A stretch of 27,518 nt of DNA from a virus (IMGVR_UViG_3300025610_000117:1-27518), one strand, 5' to 3'; positions 8,822 to 18,171 are shown, numbered from the stretch's first letter. The notes: generated by a model not told the origin, from the sequence alone. Made by a program: numbers and translations.

Positions 8822-10693
8822 CTATATCTCGCAGTTGTTACCAGTGCAAGCTAAAGTCTGTGAGCCTTCAGTCATGTCGCTTTCTTCTGTGATGTCCCAA
8901 GACATTTCAGTTGGGAAGTTAGCAGACATTTCTGCATATTCTTCTGCGCTAATAGGCTCATACGGTGCTTGTTGGTAAGTATGCTCAGAGTAAGGCAAGA
9001 AAGACACACCACTAATTTTGTCAAACTTATTATAGAGCCACTGACCTACTTCAAGAAACTCTTCATCACGATAGTAACACGTCATTGAAGGCTTGTGTTC
9101 ACACCAAAAGTCTTGGTATATCTCCCATAGTTCTAACTGTTCCATAGCACCCATCTCAGAGGCCACCACAGCCCCGTCAGGAGACTTTATAGGGAAGCTG
9201 AATACCTTGGTACTGGGTGACATTACATCGTCCTCTACGGGGATTCCCGCTGCTTCCAGTACTTGACACAATGGGTCTCTTGCATCTGCTCGAACTCGTC
9301 TAATGTACTGATCTGAGTATCTAGGGTGGATACCAGAAGCAGAATCAACCAGCTGACTAACAGTACCGGAAGGTTTAACAGCAGTAATGGCAGTGCTAGG
9401 ATTAATACCAAGCTTTGTAGCCCAATGCTTGTTAGTTTCAATAGCCTCTTCTTTAAGCTCCGTGAGCCAAGTTTTAAGAACACCTTTGTCTCTCCTTCCT
9501 GATAGCGTTGGGTGATCCATAATGCCTGTAAGACTAACACCCAACAAAGCCTCTTCTTGTGTGTTGTTCTGCCATACCTTTCTTAAGTACCTAAAGTCTG
9601 TGAGGGTAGCCTGTAGAGTTCCAAGGATAGTCGCAACACGTATTTTTCGTTTAAGGTCTGACAGCGTATCGGTTGACCTGACAACAACTTCCGACAGGTT
9701 GCAGAACTGATAGGGTCTGAGGATAATTTCACTGCATGGATTAGTTCCAAAATCATAGGTAGCATCTCGTCGCTCGTTCTTTGCAGCTTGCTTTTGACTT
9801 GCGACTCTAGAGAACATACCTCGTTCTCCGGAGCGGGACTCGTATAAACTTTTCCACTCATTTAAAAATGCCTCAAAGTCTGGCTTCTCTGTATAACACG
9901 CACTGTTGTTTGCTAGTCCTCGTTGGGGATTGTCTTGCCACCACTGGCCTGACTTGCATCGTCGGAGTCTATCGTCAGTGAGGTTACTAAGACTGATGAG
10001 AGCACTTCGCCTAACTCCTCCGACGACAACGATTTGTGCAATCTTACAGCAGATATCGTGACACTCGATGGAGGAAAGTTTACGTCCAGCAGCTTCCCTA
10101 AAGATTTCTGTGGTAAATTTAAAGAGGTCAACAAGAGGCTCCGCACCAGACGCTCTACCTCCAAAGGTTTTAAGGGCTGCCCCTGCAGGTCGTACTCCAG
10201 ATACGTCCCACTTTGGAAGCTGACCCGAATACAACAAGCTAATAAGTTCTCGATATGCTTTAGCCCATCCAATTTTGCTGTCAGCGACGTGTATAACGGT
10301 ATCTGTTTCATGAAACTCTTCTGCTACCTCCGGTAATTTAGTTACGTATTGTCGTTCAACACTAAAGCCTACGCCTGTTCCGCACATAAGTACATACATC
10401 ATCTCGTCAAACGCTTTAGGGTGATCAATAGGCATATAGCTACAGTTAAAGCCTGCAACATTATCACGATCCAATGCTTCACCAGCGGTCATTAAGGCTC
10501 GCATAGATGGCATGACGCTAAGGTCGTGAATGTCTGCAAAAATACCGTTGGCCTCTTCAAGAGTAAGTTTGTTTTTTTCAATCCAAAAGTTTAAGTAGCG
10601 ATCAATTGTTTCTTCCCATGTCTCACGCCGCTGCTCGTCTGGCAGATACCTAGCGTATCGTGACTTGTGAATATATTGTTGGTAGAGGTCCAT
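8822..10693 (-). CDS. nrdJ: ribonucleotide reductase, class II (adenosylcobalamin-dependent, monomeric RTPR-like)
   Basis: FNCS, GTGVGFS, GGVRRSA, TNPCSE (radical Cys), CNL, VKPSGTVS, C-terminal CTGNNC redox pair; no NrdB beta subunit in the window. Confidence 0.9.
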   Translation of the reverse strand: MDLYQQYIHKSRYARYLPDEQRRETWEETIDRYLNFWIEKNKLTLEEANGIFADIHDLSVMPSMRALMTAGEALDRDNVAGFNCSYMPIDHPKAFDEMMYVLMCGTGVGFSVERQYVTKLPEVAEEFHETDTVIHVADSKIGWAKAYRELISLLYSGQLPKWDVSGVRPAGAALKTFGGRASGAEPLVDLFKFTTEIFREAAGRKLSSIECHDICCKIAQIVVVGGVRRSALISLSNLTDDRLRRCKSGQWWQDNPQRGLANNSACYTEKPDFEAFLNEWKSLYESRSGERGMFSRVASQKQAAKNERRDATYDFGTNPCSEIILRPYQFCNLSEVVVRSTDTLSDLKRKIRVATILGTLQATLTDFRYLRKVWQNNTQEEALLGVSLTGIMDHPTLSGRRDKGVLKTWLTELKEEAIETNKHWATKLGINPSTAITAVKPSGTVSQLVDSASGIHPRYSDQYIRRVRADARDPLCQVLEAAGIPVEDDVMSPSTKVFSFPIKSPDGAVVASEMGAMEQLELWEIYQDFWCEHKPSMTCYYRDEEFLEVGQWLYNKFDKISGVSFLPYSEHTYQQAPYEPISAEEYAEMSANFPTEMSWDITEESDMTEGSQTLACTGNNCEI

Positions 10694-10845
10694 TAGTCTT
10701 CCTTTTCGGTTGGTTGAAAAACAACTACTGTAGCATCACAAAAACTACAGGTCAATGTTGTTTCGATTATATTGTTGTCGTCCATGTCTGTGGAGTCTAT
10801 ATCGCCTCCCCAAATTAATTCAGAATTACAAACGTAGCATTTCAA
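10693..10845 (-). CDS. small Zn-ribbon protein (50 aa), not in ORF track
   Basis: TTG start with GGAG RBS; MKCYVCNSELIWGGD...LTCSFCDA; TAATG-coupled to RNR. Confidence 0.7.
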   Translation of the reverse strand: MKCYVCNSELIWGGDIDSTDMDDNNIIETTLTCSFCDATVVVFQPTEKED

Positions 10846-10966
10846 TCATTTTTCTCCTTTGTTCATCAGTATACTTACTCCAGTTAATAATCTGTTCTTT
10901 TGTTCTGCCGCAGCCCGAACATTTATCATTCACTAATTTGCATTCTTTGACGCAAGGAGATTGCAT
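10826..10966 (-). CDS. DUF1289-like Cys-rich protein (46 aa), not in ORF track
   Basis: MQSPCVKECKLVNDKCSGCGRTKEQIINW matches SPC..C...C.GC.RT..I..W. Confidence 0.75.
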   Translation of the reverse strand: MQSPCVKECKLVNDKCSGCGRTKEQIINWSKYTDEQRRKMIEMLRL

Positions 10967-11060
10967 TTTCTTTTCTTTTCCTAGGAGGCGTTTCTCCTTT
11001 GTGTTTAAATTTCTTTTTACGATTAAACTTGTCAGAGCGTTCTTGTTTACGATCTATCAT
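10926..11060 (-). CDS. small basic hypothetical protein (44 aa), not in ORF track
   Basis: MIDRKQERSDKFNRKKKFK...; ATGA overlap with endonuclease stop. Confidence 0.55.
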   Translation of the reverse strand: MIDRKQERSDKFNRKKKFKHKGETPPRKRKENAISLRQRMQISE

Positions 11061-11533
11061 AGTCCTTCTTCTTTATAATCCTTGTCAATCCATTCGTCCG
11101 GTAATGATTCTTCACTAAACCACCTAAATCCTTTTGAGCTTGCCCACTCTGCGTGAGACCTTTTAGTTCCGTCTGTACGTCTTTTTGCTTGGGGCATTGG
11201 GGCGTTAGGGTCAGAAAACAAAAAGACTAGCTCGTAGTTTTTGGGCAGCGCCTTATTTATCCAGACGTATTTAGTATATTCGGGGGCATCCCAGAAGCGT
11301 CCTTTGGCTTCAAGCAGTATTGTTTTACCGTCTATCTCTTTAACAAAGTCTGCATGATAGGTGTGTTCTACAACGTAGTCAACCTTTTTTGTGTGGATGT
11401 CCCACCCAGACAGTGGGCCAGAATGTAGTTTATATTCCCAGTGAGAGTCGTAACCAACCGCTACATCTTTTTCTCTGGGCCTAACGACTCTTTTTTTGCG
11501 GTATCCTTTTCGAATGTTTGGCGCTTTACTCAA
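11057..11533 (-). CDS. endonuclease I (T7 gp3-like Holliday junction resolvase)
   Basis: YDSHWE...YHADF...LLEAKGRF...LVFLF...WA...GFRW. Confidence 0.85.
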   Translation of the reverse strand: MSKAPNIRKGYRKKRVVRPREKDVAVGYDSHWEYKLHSGPLSGWDIHTKKVDYVVEHTYHADFVKEIDGKTILLEAKGRFWDAPEYTKYVWINKALPKNYELVFLFSDPNAPMPQAKRRTDGTKRSHAEWASSKGFRWFSEESLPDEWIDKDYKEEGL

Positions 11534-11700
11534 TGTACTATCGCTCCTCTGCGTTCTATTTCTAACTCTAGAGCAGCATGAAGGTCATATAGCGCTTCAT
11601 CTTCTACGGTATTAACGTCATTACCACTTGTAAAGTGTGCAGCAAAACCAAGGATAATTATTTCAAGCGGGATTAGAACTCCCTGTTGATCATCTTCCAT
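11530..11700 (-). CDS. hypothetical protein (56 aa), not in ORF track
   Basis: MEDDQQGVLIPLEIIILGFAAHF...RRGAIVH; fills the gap and overlaps both neighbours. Confidence 0.55.
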   Translation of the reverse strand: MEDDQQGVLIPLEIIILGFAAHFTSGNDVNTVEDEALYDLHAALELEIERRGAIVH

Positions 11701-11981
11701 GTCTGCATCTCAGCTTTAATATCTTCTAGAGTGTATGTATTAATAGGTCTTTCAGGCTGTCGAGCCACCAAACCCTTTAGTTTTTTGCGCACCCAGCGTG
11801 GAGAAAAGGTGCTAAGAAAAAACTTGTTGTTGGCAAAAACATGCGTCTGATCAGGGAGAAGTTCTTTGTAATTATCTAAAGTGATCTTCTTGGCTTCTTC
11901 TTCAGAGACTAATGTTTTTAACCAATCAACAAGAATAGGTCCAACTTGTTTGTTGATTTGCTTTATTTTCTTTCTGTTCAT
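11673..11981 (-). CDS. hypothetical basic phage protein
   Basis: ATGA overlap with exonuclease stop; 102 aa. Confidence 0.65.
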   Translation of the reverse strand: MNRKKIKQINKQVGPILVDWLKTLVSEEEAKKITLDNYKELLPDQTHVFANNKFFLSTFSPRWVRKKLKGLVARQPERPINTYTLEDIKAEMQTWKMINREF

Positions 11982-12838
11982 AAAAGAATCTCTTCAACTC
12001 TTGGCTCTACCGCAACTTCAGTAAAATATACGGGGCCGTTAGAATATCTAAATGCTCTAAGTCCTTCGCCTTCGTTCGCGTCTGAGTAGCATTCAAACTT
12101 ATAAGGACAGTATGCACAACCAGAAGGTAGCTTCATGTTTCCTTTTTTACCTTCAGGTATAGGAGCATAACACCTGTCAGGAGGCGTGTCAACGGCAATT
12201 GCTGCCTTGACCTTTTTGATTTTTTCTTTTACGTTTGGCTTCTCTAGGTCGTCGGGCCGAAACAAACACAACTCACCGCTCTCTTTGTTGATAACAAGAA
12301 AGCCGCCGTTTTTTGTTTCTTCAGCAGTCTCGTATCCAGACAGCTGTGCAAGATATCCAAAAGGATCGTTGTTGACTAGTGAGCCATCTTTAAATTTATT
12401 AAAAGAAAACCTTGAGGCTGTCTTAACGTCTACGACTTGACCGTCTATCTTGCAGTCCATGTGTCCTAGTATGCCGTCTACGTTTACTTCTTTCTGTTCT
12501 GAAGTAACTTCATGGCCTGCCATTCGGACTAACATCAAAACTATTTCTTCTAGGACATGCCCATAAAGAAATTTAATTTGTGTTGAGCCGCTAACGGCGT
12601 GAGGGTTTGAAGAGCTTTGGCTTTCATACCACAGCTGTCGTAAAGGTCTTCCGATGTTAGACATTCGAAGCCTAAAGCTGTTGTCAACTTCTCGTGGTTT
12701 TGACCAAGCAAGTATGCTTTCTTTCATACGCGAAAGAGTTAGGTCTAGTTCTTCTTCAGAGATATTTAATGCTTCTCCAGACGAAAGACCTTCGAGGCTA
12801 GAATATATATCTTGTATTAAAGTATCTAATGTTTTCAT
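11978..12838 (-). CDS. PD-(D/E)XK exonuclease, Cas4/RecB-like
   Basis: LRMSNIG..RQLWY, GHMD..IDG..VDVKT, GY..QL..Y, C-terminal CAYCPYK.EC; likely start MKTLDT at 12838 (ATGA overlap). Confidence 0.85.
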   Translation of the reverse strand: MKTLDTLIQDIYSSLEGLSSGEALNISEEELDLTLSRMKESILAWSKPREVDNSFRLRMSNIGRPLRQLWYESQSSSNPHAVSGSTQIKFLYGHVLEEIVLMLVRMAGHEVTSEQKEVNVDGILGHMDCKIDGQVVDVKTASRFSFNKFKDGSLVNNDPFGYLAQLSGYETAEETKNGGFLVINKESGELCLFRPDDLEKPNVKEKIKKVKAAIAVDTPPDRCYAPIPEGKKGNMKLPSGCAYCPYKFECYSDANEGEGLRAFRYSNGPVYFTEVAVEPRVEEILL

Positions 12839-13179
12839 TTTTTGTGTTCTATCCATGATAGTTTGCGGTCGTCTGGATTAAAGGCTAAAAAGACAACGCC
12901 AAGTTGTTTTTGTTCCTCTGTTCTATAATCTTTAATTCTTGACACGTTATCTCGATAATCTTTTCTTTTAGTTTTGACATCTATAAGAACTGTTTCGCCA
13001 TCTTTAAATGCTATCATATCTATAGGTCCAGTGCTACCAGAATTTATAAAAACTTCATAGCCTTGATCCCACAACCAAGTTACAGCGTAGAACTCTGCAA
13101 AGTCTCCTTTTCTGCTAGGACTTTCTTTGATGGGTGTAATTCTTGATCCATCATCATTAAGGTTTACTGTATGCGTCAT
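12835..13179 (-). CDS. small PD-(D/E)XK endonuclease (Hjc-like)
   Basis: KGD.AE....WL...GYEVF....GPIDMIA......IDVKT. Confidence 0.8.
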   Translation of the reverse strand: MTHTVNLNDDGSRITPIKESPSRKGDFAEFYAVTWLWDQGYEVFINSGSTGPIDMIAFKDGETVLIDVKTKRKDYRDNVSRIKDYRTEEQKQLGVVFLAFNPDDRKLSWIEHKK

Positions 13180-14939
13180 TAGTGTGTATCAGCCCAGCTT
13201 GTACCAACGCTGTACTCTCCTGTTAGTTCACATTTTAAATTAAAGTCTCTACCGGCTTGTTCGATTGCGGCAACACCTAGCTCACCTACCTTATCCGCTA
13301 CGTCTTTGTGTGCTTCAATCTGCCACTCATCGTGGACGTTAGCAACAAAGTATGCGTCTAAGTCTTTCATAGTTTCTTGTAGGTTGACCACCGCTTGTTT
13401 CATAACAATAGCGCCAGCGCCCTGTAATAAGGTATTTAACGCTGCATGTTCTGACCGAACAAATAACTTACGTTTGTCCAGTCCTTTGAGGTATCCCCTT
13501 TTAGCTGCTCCCGCAACTCTGTCTTTAAGATGTTTAAATGCAGGGAGATTATCGAAGAAAGATTGTCTAAGTCTTCCACCATCTTTTGCGTCTCCTCCAA
13601 CCACTGAACCAAGTTTAGCGTCTCCTGCTCCGTATAAGAGTGCATAGATGAAAGTTTTTGCCTGAGGTCTTGATTCAAGTCCCGCAGCAATTTGATTTGC
13701 TGTGTGTATGTCTCCGTTGAGAAGCTCATAAGTAAATCCCTCGTCGTTCATGTAGTGTGCTAACATTCGTAGTTCTAAGCCGCTGGCATCAATGCCTACT
13801 AATTTGTAATCATCTTCAACTGTCCAACATTCTCGACACTCTTTACCGTAAGGACTGCTTGTGCTTGGAACCTGTGCCATGTTGGGGCCGCTGTGTGTCA
13901 TCCGGCCTGTAACTGCGCCGTTAGTATTTACATAGCCGTGAATACGTCCATCGTCTTCCATCTCTTTGAACCAAGAATTTATCTGAGCAATACGCTTTTG
14001 CAGCATTAAATACTCAGCGATGATAGCAGCTTCAGGTATATGTTTTATCTGCGATAATACTTTTTCATCAACAATTGGCTGTCCCGTGGGCGTAAATTTT
14101 GCAGGCTTCCAACCAAACTCCACGAGATATTCTCCAATTTGTTTGCGAGAGCCAAGGTTAAAAGGTTCAGAATCACGACGAACAAGATAATCATTCGGAT
14201 TCTCACACGCTTTTTGGTACTCTTCATCAGACAGTCTGACCTTCTTGGTTTCGCCTTTGACTTGCGCCATCTTAGAAACCTTACCTGCCTTGGTCATTGT
14301 TGGAACCAAAGTAATAAATGTTTCGCGTGGCTTGAATGTTTTATGCACACGCTTTTCGGCCTTATCAATCTTTTGATTTAGCTCTGCTAAAAGACTCATC
14401 GCATGTTGTTGATCTAGCTTGAATCCTCTATCACGTTGTGCGTTAAGAATACGGTACACATCGTGTTCTAGCTTTATTGCTTGTGGACTAAACCCGACAG
14501 ACTCTGTACGAGAAAGATGACGATAAACTTTATAATTAAGAGATACGTCCTGCGCACAATACTTTAACATCTCAGGTGTGTAATACTCAAAGTTATCATA
14601 CTCAATCTTTCGGTGGCGTAGCCTGTAGCCCCAGCCCTCAAGACCATGACCCCCTTCTCGTGTTGGATTAAACAGTCGAGAAAGCACAAGAGTATCTACG
14701 ATCTTTATGCTGCCATCGTCAAGATTAACGTCCATAAGATTTTTTATCACAGGTATATCGTACCCTAAGATATTATGTCCGATTAGTTTGTCTGCGTTTT
14801 GTAAAAGTTGAATTCCTTTATCTATACATTCGGGACCGTACTCGTAGGCCTTTCCGGTTTCTGTATCCATTGCAACTAAACAAAAAATCTTTGTTGGCTG
14901 CAAGCCGTTTGCTTCAATGTCAAAGACATAAGCTGTCAT
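13179..14939 (-). CDS. polA: DNA polymerase family A (T7 gp5-like) with 3'-5' exonuclease
   Basis: ExoI FDIE, GHNILGYD; motif A DASGLELR, motif B RPQAKTFIYALLYG, motif C VHDE. Confidence 0.96.
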   Translation of the reverse strand: MTAYVFDIEANGLQPTKIFCLVAMDTETGKAYEYGPECIDKGIQLLQNADKLIGHNILGYDIPVIKNLMDVNLDDGSIKIVDTLVLSRLFNPTREGGHGLEGWGYRLRHRKIEYDNFEYYTPEMLKYCAQDVSLNYKVYRHLSRTESVGFSPQAIKLEHDVYRILNAQRDRGFKLDQQHAMSLLAELNQKIDKAEKRVHKTFKPRETFITLVPTMTKAGKVSKMAQVKGETKKVRLSDEEYQKACENPNDYLVRRDSEPFNLGSRKQIGEYLVEFGWKPAKFTPTGQPIVDEKVLSQIKHIPEAAIIAEYLMLQKRIAQINSWFKEMEDDGRIHGYVNTNGAVTGRMTHSGPNMAQVPSTSSPYGKECRECWTVEDDYKLVGIDASGLELRMLAHYMNDEGFTYELLNGDIHTANQIAAGLESRPQAKTFIYALLYGAGDAKLGSVVGGDAKDGGRLRQSFFDNLPAFKHLKDRVAGAAKRGYLKGLDKRKLFVRSEHAALNTLLQGAGAIVMKQAVVNLQETMKDLDAYFVANVHDEWQIEAHKDVADKVGELGVAAIEQAGRDFNLKCELTGEYSVGTSWADTH

Positions 14940-16579
14940 ATTTCATCTCCAAACTCATCAATCATAGTATCCATGTCTACCTCTGATAAGCGTCCGGTTT
15001 CTTTGTCGTAAAACAAGTGTGTTGCAAGTCCGACATCGCCTGTGTATCTAGACTTCAGTACACGTACTTTAGTTGTACAGGCAACCATAGGGTCGTCAGA
15101 CTGTTGGTTACGCTCTAAGCTTATCACACAATCGCTTAGTTGCGCAATAGATTGAGACCCACGTAAATGATTTAGTGCTGTCTCAATACCATTCTCGTGA
15201 CCTCGATCACCCTGTGTACGTCGCAAGTGTGAAACAAGAATCATTCCACAGCCTGTCTCTTCTACAAGAGTTCGAAGTCTGTGCATAATCATGTCAATAG
15301 CTTTACGCTCATCGGGGTCATCGGACAAAAGAACTAGCATGTGGAGGTGGTCAAGAACTATCCACTTGCAGTCACAACCAATGATCATGTACCGCAGTTT
15401 GCTAAATACACTTTCGAGGTCGTTCATGCCGAGGTGACCATAGACCCACACACGATCTTTATTGTCGCCGTCAAACATTTGGTGGTGTATCTGGCGAAGA
15501 TCGTCTTGATCAAAAAGATTACGAACACTGTCGAGGTGCAGTCGGGCATCAGCTTCAATAGAAAGTATGCCGTCGATTGTACGCTGCCAGTTTTCTTCGA
15601 GAGCCATAACGCCCACGTTGTCTCTAGTCTTTTTGATCAGCCAGTGTTCCAGTTCTCGTGTGACACTAGACTTACCAAGACCAGTACCACCCGTCAAAGT
15701 AACTAACTCACCCGCACGTAAGCCCTCAAGCTTTTCATTGAGGCCCTTCCACGGAAAGGGAATAGAGTCTTTGCGTGTACGGTGAAGATAGTTATCAACA
15801 TTTTCTGACACATTGAGAACACCCGAAGGTGTGTAGAGCTTGGCGTTCCACCAGTTGTGTACAAAAGCTTTGTGCTGTGAGCCACGCAACATATCGTTAG
15901 CATCTTTGTAGTCTACCGGAAGCTCCATAATTTTAGCTTTGCCGGGCCTTAAAAGCTTTGCGACTTTCTTTGCAGCGTCACGACCATGCTTGTCGTTGTC
16001 AAAGCAAATAATAATATTATCGAAAGATTCTAGAAACTCTAGGCTGTCTTTCACATCACGATCTGCTGACTGTGCGCCATTGCGAATAGATACCACAGGC
16101 CATTGCGACCCCATCAATTCGTAGGCTGACATGGCATCTACTTCACCCTCAACAAGGGTAACGTATTTACCACCGGATTGAAAAAGCTGTTGACCGAAAA
16201 GGCCAGCACCTTTGTTAGTTCCTGTCCACAAAAAATTCTTATCGGGCTTGCGAATCTTAGAACCAATCTGCTCGTTGCCAGAGTAATAGGGATATACATG
16301 CTCAACAATCTTGCCTGTTGAATCTTTAACGGAACGAACTCTGTATTTCTTTGCGGTTTGTAGGCTGATACTTCTATCAGTTAGGGGGTAAAACTCTCCG
16401 TGATTTGTATTCATGGGTGCCTTCTGGAAGTTAGTAATAGAAGTCACATTGTTTTCCTGTTTAGGTTTTGGAGTAAAAACTCCGCAGCTAAAACATTTGA
16501 CAGATCCATCATCGTTCATAGCTGCGCAGTCAGAACCCCCACACTCAGTGCAGGGGATATGAGTTTGAACAAAAGACAT
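14936..16579 (-). CDS. DNA primase-helicase (T7 gp4-like)
   Basis: N-terminal CxxC..CxxC Zn finger; TOPRIM EGEVD/FDND/KDAND; Walker A GGTGLGKS; LDHL; LRGS..IAQLSD; KSRYTG. Confidence 0.96.
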   Translation of the reverse strand: MSFVQTHIPCTECGGSDCAAMNDDGSVKCFSCGVFTPKPKQENNVTSITNFQKAPMNTNHGEFYPLTDRSISLQTAKKYRVRSVKDSTGKIVEHVYPYYSGNEQIGSKIRKPDKNFLWTGTNKGAGLFGQQLFQSGGKYVTLVEGEVDAMSAYELMGSQWPVVSIRNGAQSADRDVKDSLEFLESFDNIIICFDNDKHGRDAAKKVAKLLRPGKAKIMELPVDYKDANDMLRGSQHKAFVHNWWNAKLYTPSGVLNVSENVDNYLHRTRKDSIPFPWKGLNEKLEGLRAGELVTLTGGTGLGKSSVTRELEHWLIKKTRDNVGVMALEENWQRTIDGILSIEADARLHLDSVRNLFDQDDLRQIHHQMFDGDNKDRVWVYGHLGMNDLESVFSKLRYMIIGCDCKWIVLDHLHMLVLLSDDPDERKAIDMIMHRLRTLVEETGCGMILVSHLRRTQGDRGHENGIETALNHLRGSQSIAQLSDCVISLERNQQSDDPMVACTTKVRVLKSRYTGDVGLATHLFYDKETGRLSEVDMDTMIDEFGDEI

Positions 16580-16580
16580 A

Positions 16581-16811
16581 TTAGTCCTCTACTGGTTCAG
16601 ATTCCTCTTCTGTGACAATAGCTTCTTCAGTTAGAAACTCTTGTACTTTTGCGTGTAGTGCAACAGCCGCAGCTTGTGCGATAACCGTGCGGTCTTCAAG
16701 ACCTCGCACATCCTGCTCTGCCGTGACTAAAAGCTGGAAGGCCTTCTGGCCCTCCGGTACTAAAAATTCTACATTATATGTAGCGCCTTCATGTACATAA
16801 GTAACGCTCAT
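16581..16811 (-). CDS. hypothetical protein with acidic tail
   Basis: Coupled between ssb and primase (TAATG). Confidence 0.7.
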   Translation of the reverse strand: MSVTYVHEGATYNVEFLVPEGQKAFQLLVTAEQDVRGLEDRTVIAQAAAVALHAKVQEFLTEEAIVTEEESEPVED

Positions 16812-17233
16812 TATATTTCATCCTCTTCTTCTTCAACATCAAACTCAGCACCGTCTGGTGCATCGTACTCTACAAGATCTAGAACTTGCATAGCTTGAAA
16901 ATCTAAGCCACGAAAGTCTTGACCATTCCATTGTGTTTCCCATTCTTTGTACTGAACTTTTACGTGAGAACCATTGCCAACTGTTACGTTGATTTCTCGC
17001 TTGCTTTTGTCGTAAAGCTTTGGTGCCTCACGAATCATGCCACGAGGACCGTCAACTTTACGCTTTATAATAAGCGCTGGGCCTTCGTCCATGTCTTTTA
17101 CGGTAAAGCCACGGTTGCGAAAACTGTCGGCAACCTCGTCATCGACTACGAGATTAACAGAATACGCTGGTGTGTATTTAGTGTTTGGCGTAGTGACAAA
17201 CGACCAGTACGCTCTGCCTTCAAGAACTGCCAT
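16811..17233 (-). CDS. ssb: single-stranded DNA-binding protein (T7 gp2.5-like)
   Basis: VGNGS.VKV, QAMQVLDLVEY, acidic C-terminal tail; GGAG RBS. Confidence 0.85.
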   Translation of the reverse strand: MAVLEGRAYWSFVTTPNTKYTPAYSVNLVVDDEVADSFRNRGFTVKDMDEGPALIIKRKVDGPRGMIREAPKLYDKSKREINVTVGNGSHVKVQYKEWETQWNGQDFRGLDFQAMQVLDLVEYDAPDGAEFDVEEEEDEI

Positions 17234-17236
17234 ATT

Positions 17237-17455
17237 TTATCTCCTGTATAGATAATTAATAAAGTTTGGTATTTGCTTGAGGATAAAATCCTCGTTTAGT
17301 TCGACACCTTGATCGACTGCCTCCATCTTAATCCATGTCTGCATCAATGTCAAGGCCGGTTGGTTTGGTAGATGTACGCCCAGCATCATAGCAAACGCAC
17401 GGGCAATGACATCTTCTATTACTTCATCTTGGGTTAGCTCATTGTATTCATACAC
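17237..17455 (-). CDS. hypothetical protein
   Basis: GTG start with AAGGA RBS; 72 aa. Confidence 0.6.
   Translation of the reverse strand: MYEYNELTQDEVIEDVIARAFAMMLGVHLPNQPALTLMQTWIKMEAVDQGVELNEDFILKQIPNFINYLYRR
17325..17353 (-). promoter_or_regulatory. sigma70-type promoter for ssb/replication genes
   Basis: TTGACA (17353-17348), 17 nt, TAAGAT (17330-17325). Confidence 0.7.
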
Positions 17456-17460
17456 TCCTT

Positions 17461-17706
17461 TTACTCCGCTATAGTTGCTGTAATAAGAGCATTAAGTTTG
17501 ACGGTATCTAAAAGAAAATTAAACTCTTCAGCTCCTAAGTCAGAAGACATAGTAATTGCTCCATCTGTTTCTGTCAATAGTATAAAAGTACCATATGTAT
17601 TATTACCAACTTCTTCTGTAATTTTTACAGTAGCTCTTTCAATCTTAGATAAAAGTGTTAGTTCTTCTGGTTTGTTTTTAGTAAAGTCTCCATTGACTAC
17701 CTTCAT
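17461..17706 (-). CDS. hypothetical protein (81 aa)
   Basis: MKVVNGDF start at 17706, GAGG RBS, ATGA overlap. Confidence 0.65.
   Translation of the reverse strand: MKVVNGDFTKNKPEELTLLSKIERATVKITEEVGNNTYGTFILLTETDGAITMSSDLGAEEFNFLLDTVKLNALITATIAE
17549..17577 (-). promoter_or_regulatory. sigma70-type promoter (intragenic)
   Basis: TTGACA (17577-17572), 17 nt, TACTAT (17554-17549). Confidence 0.65.
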
Positions 17707-17993
17707 AAATTTACCTCTTGTAATAAACGATCTAAATACCACTTGCATTTTCTTAGATCTTCTATGGGTTTACCTTTATAATCATATCTCCAAAGATACT
17801 TTAGGGCATTTCCTTTTAGATAGCCTCTGAATTCATTCTCGGGCATAGAAGCTTTAATAGCTTCAATAGCTTCAATAGCGCCATTGTTATAATGATCAGG
17901 TCGCATAACAGGATCAGGACTTTTTCGAATAGAAAGATCATTGAGTTTTTTCATAGCGTCCCACTGGTCTGGGCTTGCACTATCTATAGACAT
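17703..17993 (-). CDS. DUF3310 (SaV-like / T7 gp1.7-related) protein
   Basis: P.HYN.G.IEAIEAI...GN.LKYLWRY.YKG..EDL.K..WYL. Confidence 0.9.
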   Translation of the reverse strand: MSIDSASPDQWDAMKKLNDLSIRKSPDPVMRPDHYNNGAIEAIEAIKASMPENEFRGYLKGNALKYLWRYDYKGKPIEDLRKCKWYLDRLLQEVNL

Positions 17994-18163
17994 TAGTATT
18001 CTCCTTCACGAATTTTCTGCAGTATATCATAGGTCTGTTGGTAACTCAAGTTTAAAGCTTCAAGACCTTTGAGTATTGCAGCATAGTTTGGGCTTTCGCT
18101 ACAATAGATATTCATAAACACAAGGTCTGAAATAATGGCTTCAACATCGGTTGCTTCAAGCAT
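17993..18163 (-). CDS. hypothetical protein (56 aa), not in ORF track
   Basis: GGAGG RBS; MLEATDVEAII...IREGEY; TAATG coupling. Confidence 0.65.
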   Translation of the reverse strand: MLEATDVEAIISDLVFMNIYCSESPNYAAILKGLEALNLSYQQTYDILQKIREGEY

Positions 18164-18171
18164 AATGCCTC

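Noticed and set aside
11978-12838. Cas4-like protein as part of a CRISPR system
   Set aside because: No repeat-spacer array or other cas genes; this is the usual phage replication exonuclease
8822-16579. Introns or inteins in RNR, polymerase or helicase
   Set aside because: Genes are uninterrupted and of normal length, with no intein splice motifs seen
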